Origin: Eledone cirrhosa
Taxonomy: Eukaryota
Reading direction: 5' to 3'
DNA: 64,000 nt
Assembly (NCBI GenBank): GCA_964016885.1
Contig: OZ024740.1
Location: 179,924,001-179,988,000, forward strand
Below are positions 25,229 through 36,900 of this stretch, piece by piece (position 1 is the first letter of the stretch; every line of letters begins with the position of its first letter). The translations under genes and the position numbers were made by a program. The notes beneath the pieces are model-generated. The model made no database searches, was not told the DNA's origin, and saw nothing but the letters and a program-made list of their open reading frames with translations.

Positions 25229-28200
25229 ATGACCTCACTCAGAATAGGCAGCATAAATGCGCGTGGCTTGGGGTCGTCATGTAAGCAGGGTCACCTGCTC
25301 AACGACATCAGGTCACTAAACATAGATGTAGTGGCCATCAGCGAGACTAGAATCTCCGAAGCACGGGCCTTCGCACCGATCTTCGGCGACTACGATGTGT
25401 ACGCATCTCCCAGCCGTCCTGGATCGGGTGGAGGAGTTGCTGTGCTTTTTCAGAGAGGTTTGGATCTCGACATACGGGCCATCTTGCTGGACCCAGAGGG
25501 TAAGCTGGTGGTGCTGGACGTGACCAGCGGAGAAGGGCAAGCTTTCAGGCTAGTGGCCGCCTATGCCCCGACAGGAGCAGGGCGGCCTGATTTCTTCCGG
25601 CGTCTGGAGACCTTCTTGGAACGTCCCGCTCTTTAGTGTTAGTGGGCGACTGGAACGGGATCTTAGATGCACGCTGGGATTGTGTGGGATTAGCGGATAG
25701 GGGTGGAGGGTGCAAGAGCCTCACCAACCTGCTCAGGCGTTTTGAACTGTCTGACAGGTACCGATTGGATTTCCCGAATGTGCCAATGTGGACTTGGACA
25801 AATCGAATAGGGTCATCCAGATCATATCTAGATAGAGTATTTTGTAGGGAAATAGATAGGTCTAGCATAGGCTGTCCACAATTCAAGCTAGTCAGCTACA
25901 CGGACCACAAATTCGTGATCTGTGTGCTTGACTTAGATAGGCTTCATAGACGAGGACCCGGCTACTGGAAGCTAAACGCGTCCTTACCAGCGCGCAAGGC
26001 CTACAGAGACCGGATTAGCGAACTAGTTAAGCGGGCGTTGACGGGGACCATCGTCAACAACAAGTGGTGGTTTGCTCTGAAAAGAGCGATTAGAATAGAA
26101 TCGATTAGGTTTAGTAAGGCTTTAGCAATAGAGAAAAATAGAGCAGAGGGAGAACAAGTTAGAAAATTAGACGAGGCGCTTAGCAAAGGCATTGCGACCG
26201 ACGTGCTTGCGGCGAAATTGGCCCTTGACCAATTCTTCAATGCAAAGCACGAAGGCTGCGTTGTCAGAGCAAGGGTGCATGCTCTCAGACACGAGGGGAC
26301 GAAAGCCGTTCAATGGGCCCGAGTGGCGGAGGCGCGTCGTGGCAACAAAGCCACGATCCGGTCTTTGGTGGACCACGACGAGCGCATGCTACTCGATCCC
26401 GGGCAAATGTGTGAAGCTTTTCGGCGACACTTCGCTCAGCTGTTCGGGAGCAGCGGTGGGCCGGGTAGAGGGATGGACTTTAGTGTTTACCTCGACGGAC
26501 TGCCGCGGCTCTCGGCCACTGAGGCGAAGTGTTGCGAAAAGCCGATAACAGCCGCTGAAGTAAGGGAGGCAATGACTGGCTGCACAAGGGGTAAATCGCC
26601 TTGTTTGGATGGTCTGCCCTATGAACTTTACGTACAGATGCCATACTTGTTCGGAGGCCTCTTGGCGGACGTCTACTGCAACTGGCAACAGAACGGGAGA
26701 ATTCCCAGTTCTGTGAGCCGAGGAGCGGTGGCACTGCTGAGAAAGGATCCGAACAAGGGGGATAACATAGATAATTTCCGGCCCATAACTCTGCTAAACA
26801 CAGAGTTCAAGATTTTAGCCAAGGTGCTAGCAAAGAGGTTGACGCTTTTCGTTGGTGGTCTGGTGGGAGAGGCGCAGACATGCGCCATTCCCGACAGATC
26901 CATCCACGACAACCTCCACCTCATGCGATACATCATAGAGAGGGTAGCTAAGGAACCTGGCACGGGTGGGTCCTTGATCAATTTAGATCAGTCGAAAGCT
27001 TTCGATAGGGTCGACCATCGTTACCTAGTGGCAGTCCTGAGGGCGGCTGGCTTTGGGCCCGTCTTCAGAGGCTGGATCGCTGCCATGCACAGCGACATCT
27101 GCTCTGTGGTGAGAGTGAACGGTCACCTGTCGGAACCGTTCAACATCATGCGCTCGGTCCGCCAAGGATGTCCCCTCTCGTCCCTCTTGTACGTATTGAC
27201 TCTCGAGCCATTACTGCACAAACTGGAGACGTTGAGGGGAGTCCCCGCGAACTAGGATGCGGAAGATCCGTGTCAGCATATGCGGACGATGTCACCGTAG
27301 TGGTGTCGAACGCCAAACACATCGAGGCGATCAGCCCTACACTAAGAGAATACGAAGCGGTGACAGGAGCAATGATCAACCAGGAAAAGTCAGTGGGCCT
27401 GCAGCTCGGCACCTGGAGAGGCAGGTCCATGCCGTCCAACAGCGTCGTCGGACGCTGGATGGACGGACCGGTTAAATTCCTAGGGGTCTGATTCGGTCCG
27501 GACCTCCAGACGGACAAAAACTGGGACGAGGTGACGAGCAGGGTGGCTTCTCTCACCCAGAAATGGGCGGAGAGGAAGCTATCCCTCAAAGGTCGAGCGG
27601 AGGTGGCTGACGCGTACATCGCGTCTGTCATCTGCTACCGCCTGACCGTCGTACCTTGTCCTAAGCCTCGCCTGACTGCGCTGGAGCGTTTGCTCTTTCG
27701 CATTTTGTGGAAGGGACGTGCTCCGATGGTCAGGCGGTCCATCTGTTGTCAACACCCGCTACGTGGAGGGCTGGGCATGCCGTGGCTGATGATGCGCAGG
27801 CACGCGCTCAGGCTACGACATCTCCACCTCTTCCTCGATGGTGATCAGGTGTGGTCGCCGTTTGCTAGACACGTATTTCCCCAGCTCGTTTCCTTGACGG
27901 AGCTGCAGTCCTGGGTCAAGCGAAGACCGAGAGGGAGCGCCTGGAGACTGGAATGTCTTCAGGCGCTCACAGCCCTCGACCAATCGGGCAATGTGATCGG
28001 TGGAAACTCCACCTCGGCGTTCTATAGAGGATTAGTGGAGGGGAAGAGCGACTACGTACTTGGGGAAACTCTAGGCGTCGACGAAAATCAACCAGCCAAT
28101 CTCTTCGGAAGAACTTTCGGGCCAGGGCCTATGGACAACTTCCAGAAATCTCTGGCCTGGCAGTGCTACCGAGGAGCCTTGCCAGTTCGGGATAAACTCT

Positions 28201-28646
28201 ACAGGCATGGAGGTGCCGTCAGCCGGGCATGTCCGAGATGCGCGCAGGGCGACGAAACCGTCCTGCACGCACTCGTCCAGTGTCCGAAAATTGCTGACTT
28301 GTGGGTTTATGTCGAACACCTGCTGTCGCTTTTAGGACGGATCCGGCTATCATCTGAGTCCATCGTGAGGATTGCCCCGCCCTCCTCCTTTAGCCGGGAA
28401 GGGCAGGCAGTTTTTATCTGTCTGGTGGCCATGGCGAAAGAGATAGTATGGTGGACACGTTTGAAAGGGCTGAAGACGAGCACTTACCTCTTCGGTGATG
28501 CTCTGATTGACTTTTTCAAATTTCATTTGAAAAGGAAAATCAGAGTAGAGAGGGAAGTGCTCTCTTCCCAGCATTTTGTTGAAAGATGGGTGAGAGAAGC
28601 AAGAATGGCCCGAGTGAATGGGCCTACTCTGAGTATATATCTGTAA
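25229..28646 (+). pseudogene. Tx1-like ORF2 (APE endonuclease + RT + C-terminal Cys motif), 2 frameshifts and 1 stop
   Basis: SINARG, ISETR, AYAP, GDWN, SYLDR, TDH (APE); FRPITLLN, DQSKAFDRV, RQGCPLS, YADD (RT); CPRC..DETVLHALVQC. Confidence 0.93.
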
Positions 28647-28907
28647 ATTAAAGGTGGAAAACTGGGAGAGGGCACTTGCCTTGGTGGTCAGGGTCATTGT
28701 GGCTTTTTACTGGGCTTTCTCCACAAATGTCCCTCCGAAGTCTCCCCCCTATTGGGGAATTTTTCATTGTTATTTTCATTGTTATTTTTGTTACATCCTC
28801 TGTTTTTGTTTTTTTTACACGCAGAAATGCCCATTTGTACCGTCCTGCATTGTCCTGCACTGTCCTTAATGTCTAATTTATGTAAACCCTTGTGGTTAAT
28901 AAAGAAA

Positions 28908-28909
<2 letters not shown>

Positions 28910-28960
<51 letters not shown>

Positions 28961-28965
28961 GTTAT
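28910..28965. repeat. (TTA)n shared tail between tail-to-tail Tx1(+) and Dong(-)
   Basis: Direct reading. Confidence 0.95.
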
Positions 28966-31900
28966 TCCTTGAATCTCAGTCATTGATGTTGGTTAACTGG
29001 AAAGTCCGTTGGATTGAATATCAAGCCACTACCTGCAGCCTCAGATATTCAGGACGTATCGGACGGTTCTTGCTGTTCCAAGCAAGCATGCCTTTTGGAG
29101 CGTTTCAAAAAGCGTGAAGGGGCCGATTTTCTTTAACCATCCCTGGAAACTTTTGGCGATAGTCCCCAGTGCGCCTATGACAATCGGGATCACTTTGACT
29201 TCATGGCAGTTCCAAATCCTTTTCACCTCCCACTTTAGGTCCTGGTATCAGTTAATTTTCTCCCTCTCCTTCTCTTGCACTCTCGTGTCGAACGGGCAGG
29301 CCACATCCAGAATCAGACACGATCTTTTTTCTTTGTCCACAACCACCAGGTCAGGTCTATTGTGTTCCAGTTTTTTGTCCGTCTGTATCCTAAAATCCCA
29401 CAGCACCTTCAGCTGATTGTTCTCCATCACCGCCTCTGGCCTATGCTCATACCATTTCTCAGAATGTGGTAAATTGTTTACTTTGCACAGGTGCCAGTGG
29501 ATCACCCTGCCCATCACATCGTGTCTCCAGCCCTTATAGTGGGTCTGGGCTAGGTGTTTACACTCGGACACAATGTGAGCCACAGTCTCCTCTCTCTCTC
29601 CACAGATCCTGCACAGTGGGCTAGCCTCCTCCTTGTAAATATGGTGCTTCAACCACTTCGTTTTGAGGGCTTGCTCCTGCGCAGCCATTAGCATTCCTTC
29701 TGTAGCCTTTTTGAGGTCTCCTCTTCTCAACCAGTTCCATGTCTGTGGATCTCTAAATTCAGTTTTCTCAAAGAAGGTACTATGAAGGGATTTTCCCTTA
29801 AGGCTGCTCTTCCTCCTTGATGTTATTTCCTCCTTGGACATCCCCTGGCCTACTGTCCCCTCCTTCAGTACAGTTCTGAGCATTGGCTCCTTACTATAGG
29901 TCACGTATTTGTATAGGTTGTTTTTCTCCATCTAAACACAGTCCTCTAAGCTGATAAGACCTCTTCCACTCTCAGATCTCCTTAGGTAGAGTCTATCGAA
30001 ATCACTCCTCTTGTGGAACATGTTGTAGATAGTCAATAGCTTCCTAGTCTTCCTATCCATTTCTTTTTGTTCAGCAACATTCCATCTCAGAATTCCCGCA
30101 CTGTACCTAATAATAGACACAGCTCGGGAATTTACTGCGCTTATGGCATTTCTGCTGTTCAGATGTGACTTCAATACGCTCCTTACTCTCCGAATGTATT
30201 CAGTTCTTAACAATTCCTTCATTTTTTTGTTCTTTATGCCATCAGCCTCCAGAACGCCCAAATACTTGTATCTTTCCTCAGAGTCAATTTCCTTTATCAT
30301 TTCACCTGTTGGTATCTGGATCCCGTTACTTCTGCTCAACCTACCCCTCCTCATCACAATGACTCCACATTTACCAATACCAAACTGCATACATATATCA
30401 CTGCTGAAAATACGGACAGTGTCAACAAGCACATCCAACTCCTTCTCACTTTTCCCGAAGAGCTTAAGATCGTCCATGAAGAGGAGGTGATTGATGGTAA
30501 GCTCTCCCCTTCCCAACTTGTATCCTGCTCTCACTTTTCGCAGCATAATGGTCAAGGGCATCAGGGCAAGGACAAACAACAGAGGGGACAGGCTATCTCC
30601 CTGGAAGATACCTCTCTTGATCTTCACGCTTCCCAAGGATACTCCAGTTGATGTCAACTCTGTCTCCCAGGACCCCATACTCCTGCCCAGCAACTGTCTG
30701 ATGTTGTCTGCCACCCTGAAGATCTCCAGGCTTTTGGTGATCCAAGAATGAGGCACCATGTCAAATGCCTTTCTGTAGTCTATCCATCCCATGGCAAGAT
30801 CAGTGTGTCTCCTCCTGCAATTCCCCATTACCATCTTATCAATAAGTAACTGGTTCTTTGTACCACGTGACTTCTTTCGGCATCCTTTCTGTTCGTCCGG
30901 TAACAAGTTGTTTGTGTGGAGGTGATGGTAGATTTCCTCAGACACAATGCTCGTCAACAGTTTCCACATTACGGACAGACATGTGATAGGTCTATAGTTG
31001 GTAACATCATTACCCTTGATTCGGTCTTTCATTATCAGAACTGTGGTACCTTTTGTCAACCACTCTGGCACCTCACCCGACACCAAGCAGTCATTGAACA
31101 TGGCCGTCAGCTTCGGGTGGAGGGATGTTAAATGTTTAATCCAATACCCCTGCACACCATCTGGGCCTGGTGATTTCCAGTTGGTTAGTTTTTTGGCCTG
31201 CCCCTTAAGAGTTTCAACTGTGATACTCAAATCAGTTTGTTGTTGTGCCTGCTCACCGATCTCCCTCTGTACTGTCTCAATCCACCCTGCCTGGACATTA
31301 TGTCTAACATCCTGCTCCCATATTCCACTCCAGAATGCTTTAGTTTGCTCCGCCCCAGGGATCAAGTCGTTGCCTCTTTCTTTCCCCTCAAGCTGTCCAA
31401 ACAGCATCTTCTGGTTGTTGTCGAACATGCGGTTCTGTTTATACTGACTGACTCTGTTCTCGTATCGCCTGATTTTTGCACTCTTTGCTACAATGCGTTG
31501 CTTCAGTTCCTCTATGATAATATTTAGCTTTTTCCTCCTAGTTTTGTATTTTATTTCCAGTCTATTTTTAGTGCCTATGTTTTTTAGTGTCCCATTCAGT
31601 AGTGACTCAAGCTTTCCTATGTCATTTCTCATTTCCCCGATTTGCCCACTCAGTCGCTTCTTCCACCACGGCTCTGCTCTTTCTTGTCTGTTGTTTCCTC
31701 TCACGTTTATACCAAGTAGTTTCCTCACCGTATTTGCTGTTGCTTTGAGGATATTGTTGCACTGGTGAAGGCTCCTCGCCTCAAGGTATGGGATGACTTT
31801 GTTTACCTTAGCTGTTGTTTCTTTTAACTTTTTCCTGTCTACAAATCTTAGGTTCATAGGTCTCCCACTATCATTGTTCAATTCATCTACCACTAAATTT

Positions 31901-33503
31901 AGGATGTCAACCGAATCTTGTCCTAGCCCGTCAGCATTCATCTCCTCAGTGGCCGTATCTCTGTTCCAGGTATTATTTATCTCAGTATTCAGATCATTGT
32001 CTGCTTCGGGTGGTTCCTCCGTTCTCAGGACCTCTTCACCTTCATTTCCCACTGGCTCGCTTGTCTGGCATACTACACCCGCCATCTCCAAGCCATTCTC
32101 TCTGCTCAGTTCCTCCAGTTCCAGCTCGCTTATCCACCGATTAGTTCTTATTACCCGAGCCTGCCCGGCCAATTTTCGTTTATCCAATTTAAATAAACCA
32201 ATCTCGTTCCAGATGTTATGCATCCGTCTCCTGTAGCTCCTCTCCTTGGGGTTACTTTTCAGGTAACATTGCATAACAGTTCTATTCAATTCTTTCGTCC
32301 AGTTGGTTCTGGCCCCTTTCCTTCTTCTCCTTCCTCCAACATCAGCAGTATTTGGTTGACAGTCAGGTTCCTGCTGCTGAGCCAGGGGGCACCTGTTGGG
32401 TGAGAGTCTGTCACATGACGTTCTAGTCTCCATTTCACCGTTATTCGAACTGTTTATGTTCGATATTTAAACACTCTTATCGAGGATTGGCGAATGTATG
32501 GTTACATAGCCATCTGTGGATCCGCCATTCCACTTGGCCCTTGTGTGGCATTATCACCACGCTGTATACGAACACACATAAACAAACAAACACACAGGCA
32601 GAAAGGGCCCCAAAAATGAATAAGCATAAGTTTCATTGTAATGTAGTGTTCGAATGTCTGACTTAGTTTTTGTTTTTTAAGTTTTAGTTTCTCCCCCCTC
32701 TTCTCTGTCCGTCCGCCTGCTTCTCTCTTCATTCTTATTTTCTTTACGTTTTTGGGTTTTTTTTTGTTTTTGTTTTTCTCTGTTTGTTTTTCTCGTTTTT
32801 TGCTGTTGTTGCTGTGCTGCTTTGGTTTTGTTGTTTGTTTTTTCTTTTTTCTTTTTTCTTTTGAGTCTATCTATATATTTTGATGCCTTCCTCTTTTTTA
32901 GCAGTAGGGATTCTATAATGTGGTGGCAGCAGCCAGTGGGAGACTGGCGGCGGTAGCGATACTGAGACAGTGGTGGTGGTGATGTCGATACCGAGGCAGT
33001 GGTAGCGGTGATGTGACCGTATTACTGTAATGATGGTGCTGTAGCGGTGGTAGCAGTGGAGGAGTGAAGGGGTGGTGGCGGCGGTGATGGGATAATGGTG
33101 GTAATGATGGCCGTAGTGAGCGGTGGTGGTGAAAATGTCGTTATCTGGCTGTTGTGTTTAGTGGACACAGGTGATGGGGTGGGTGGTGTATCTAGTTTCT
33201 CGTGTTGGTGAGTTTGGCTGTTCTATATATTGTAGACAGAGGAGAGGAGGGGGGGGGGGTTCTTCTTCCATTTATAGCCATTTTCTTTTTTGGATATACA
33301 GTGTACAATACAAAGTTGAATATTTGAATATTTGAGCCTTATAACAATATATTTTGGGTCCGAATTTTTTTGGGCTCAAGCCGGGTGCTTTACGTAGCAT
33401 TTGTACTAAGAGTTGTTATTTCACAAATGATTTAAATATGTTAAAAATTCAAAACTTACGGGAGCGATTTCATGACCCCCGTCACCTCGTGCGTCTTCTT
33501 CCC
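28966..33503 (-). mobile_element. Dong/R4-like family B, full-length copy with long 5' region
   Basis: (TAA)n in element sense at both ends. ORF at 32433-29041. About 1.07 kb 5' region shared with the 9.6-14 kb copy. Confidence 0.92.
29041..32433 (-). pseudogene. Dong-B RT/zinc-finger/RLE ORF with two in-frame stops
   Basis: ORFs 29932-32433, 29248-29931 and 29041-29226 are contiguous in one frame. FMDDLKL, CRICGEREETVAHIVSEC, RHD, RPDLVVVD..LDVACP. Confidence 0.93.
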
Positions 33504-33521
33504 TTATTATTATTATTATTA

Positions 33522-33864
33522 TGGACACAGGTGATGGGGTGGGTGGTGTATCTAGTTTCTGGTGTTGGTGAGTTTGGCTGTTCTATATAGTGTAGACAGG
33601 GGAGAGGAGGGGGGGGGGGGTTCTTCTTCCATTTATAGCCATTTTCTTTTTTGGATATACAGTGTACAATACAAAGTTGAATATTTGAATATTTGAGCCT
33701 TATAACAATATATTTTGGGTCCGAATTTTTTGGGGCTCAAGCCGGGTGCTTTACGTAGCATTTGTACTAAGAGTTGTTATTTCACAAATGATTTAAATAT
33801 GTTAAAAATTCAAAACTTACGGGAGCGATTTCATGACCTCCGTCACCTCGTGCGTCTTCTTCCC
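33522..33864 (-). repeat. Tandem second copy of the Dong-B 5'-terminal ~342 bp
   Basis: Near-identical to 33162-33503. Each copy is followed by (TTA)n (33504-33521 and 33865-33927). Confidence 0.93.
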
Positions 33865-33926
<62 letters not shown>

Positions 33927-33964
33927 TACATAAGTTTATTTATTTACCTGTCAAAATTATTTAT

Positions 33965-36900
33965 TGAATTTGTTGTTGTTGTGTAAGGCATACAGGCCCT
34001 TGGCCTTTGCCCTGTCAAGGGGAAAGAATAATATTTGGGACTTTTGGCCCAAACATTTGAACTCATTTACATTTTTAAAAAATTATCGAAAAAAAAAAGC
34101 AAAAACATGTTTGAGCCACGCCCCAGCGATATGTCAGCTGTCGTGCGACAACGACGTTGAATTTGAGGAGCGCTACGACGAAATTAACAGAAATTGATAC
34201 AACAAACACCACCACAAACAATTTGAACAAAGACACCAATAATACCAATAAGAACTCTAATTTTGAAAAAAATGACAGTAACAGCGACAATGAAAATACA
34301 GTTAACAGAAAAAATGACAAATGCAACAACAATATCAACACCACTAACATGAAAACAAATAGCGACAACACCAACAGCAACAATACCAACTGCACCGAGA
34401 ACAACGGCGGCAAAAAAGGCAACAATAATAACAGCGACAGTTATAACAACAACATCAACAAGAACAACGACAACAACAACACCCCAACGACGACAAGAGG
34501 AAAACTTTCGCTGCGGCAAAAAAAAGAGGCCATGCTTCAACATGGAACTCTCAAACAAAGATGAAAAGTTGCCCTAGGCCTGGAAGCTCATCAAGCGAGA
34601 GCAAACCTGGGCCACTTAACTGTCGCGGTAGAAGCTATTGAGACAGTGGAGCGCAGAACGGTGCATTATAGATGCATCTCAGCACAAACCAAAAGGGCAG
34701 TCGCAAGGGCCTTGGTGACAAAGAATGCCAATAGAGTTTCCCTGAAACCGCCACCCGATTTTTTCAAGGACCAGCAGCTACGGACGGACACGTCCCGCAC
34801 CGCAAGCAAAATGTAATATCGGGTGGAGTGAGCCACGGAGGCTCAAATCCAGAAGGCCATGGGGTACGTCTGGCCGCGCAACACCCACTTCACCCGAGGC
34901 AGAAAGTACGCAACAGTAGATGTACTTTTCGCCCCCCCCCCCCCCCCAAAGAGGCAAAGACTCACTCTTTGGTAAGCCTAAAGAGTGAAGAGATAGTCTT
35001 GGTGCCATCCTACTGCGGGGAGAAATCTGTGAGGCTCAAAGTGACCCAGGCCCCGCCGGACGTGCCCATACCATACTGGCTGGAATCAAGTAGAAGACCA
35101 CAATACTGCAAGTACAGAGAATGTGAAGAGAGAACTGGTCAGGAATAGGCATGTAAATGCTAATATGGACTGACCAGGAGTGCATCGAGGCCATCCCAGG
35201 CATCAAAGACCTCAAAGAAGGGGTCCAACTCCCTATAAGCGTGGAAGGAAGGCGCCCAAAGTGCTATCTCTGTGGGCAGCAGGGTCACCTCAGGGACTTC
35301 TGCCCGCAGAAGACAGCCAAGAAGAGGGCTCCCCTCCTCCCGACGCCTGATCGACTTCTACCAAGAGCAGTTCAGGCAACAGAGGCATAAAACCCTTCCA
35401 TGGTGAGTAGGAGGGCAAGGTCCGTGGCACCCATACCAAGGCCACGAACAACTAAAGCAGAAGCAACAGTGGTGGCAACACCAACAGTCGCATAGCGACA
35501 CCGGCGGCAAAATCGCCGGAGCGGGCTCCACTGCCACCACCAACAGCAGCGGAGCTTATACCCCTCCCATACGCCACGGAATCCGACATGGAGCATGAGG
35601 CGGGAGGGTAGTGGCAAACGATCTGCAACAAAAAAAAGAGGAAAAAACCCTTAGATTCACCCTCCAAAAATGAAGGCAGACAAAGACGGGTAAAGGCTGC
35701 AAGGAGACTTGCAGCAACACTACCACCATCACCATCACCACCACAAGCAACACCACCAACAACAACCACACCACCACCAGCATCTCGAAAAACACCAACA
35801 CGTAACCACAACAAAACACACGCACCCAACAGCAACAACAAGAAAACAGCAACAAAATCACCCCACCCCCCAAAAAGTACGCAGCCATAACCATGGCAAA
35901 TAAAGAACTCATACAACATATAAAGCAGCACACAGACATCACAGAAAAAAACTACTACACCCCACCAACACCAAAAACTCTCCCGACAAACATAAGCATC
36001 CTTCAAATCAAAATATAACAGTACAAACCTTTAAACAAAAATTCCCCAACGCATTTGGAGTTTTTAGAGGTTCGGTTACCAAGAGGATACACACTGACAT
36101 CTTCTTCGAAATACTCATGACCAGCCACAGGGCCGTTTCTACTGTCCCTTCCCCACACGATCAAGGCAAGTGACCCTTTCTCACTTGTCCCGTTTCTCAT
36201 CCAACATGGCTGTACTCAGAATAGGCAGTATAAATGCACGTTGCCTAGGTTCATCTTGGAAGCAGGGTGACATGCTCAACAACCTCAGGTCACTCAACAT
36301 AGATGTGGTGGCCATCAGCGAGAGCAGAATCTTCGAAGCACGGACCTTCGCACCGATCTTCGGCGGCTACGATGTATACACATTTCCCAGCAGTCCAGGA
36401 TCTGGGAGAGGGAGGCAGTGATTTTTCGGAGAGACTTGGATCTCGCCATACGGGCCATCTTCCTAGACCCAGAAGGTAAGTCGGTGGTGTTAGAGGCGAC
36501 CGGCACCGAAGGCAAAGCAATCAGGTTAGTAGCCGTCTACGCCCAATTGGGTTAGGACGGCCAGATTTCTTCAGACGTTTAGAGACCTTTCTTGGAACGT
36601 CCCGCTCTGTAATGTTAGTGGGCGACTGGAACGGAATCTTAGATGCACGCTGGCATTATGTGGGGTAAGTAGACAGAACAGGAGGGGGGGTGTAAGCCTC
36701 AACAGCCTGCTCAGACGTTTCGAACAGTCTGACAGGTATAGACTGGATATCCGAATGTGCCAATGTGGACATGGACAAACCGCATCGGGTCATCCAGATC
36801 GGATTTAGATAGAGTATTCTGTAGGGAAACACATAAGGCTAGTGTAGGTTGTCCACAATTTAAAGAAGTCGACTACACGGACTACACATTTGTGATCTGT

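Larger units (their letters stand above)
22890..28910 (+). mobile_element. Full-length Tx1/L1-clade LINE (recently disabled)
   Basis: (TTA)n on both sides, 5' UTR, ORF1, ORF2, and a 3' UTR with AATAAA directly before the (ATT)n tail. Confidence 0.93.
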
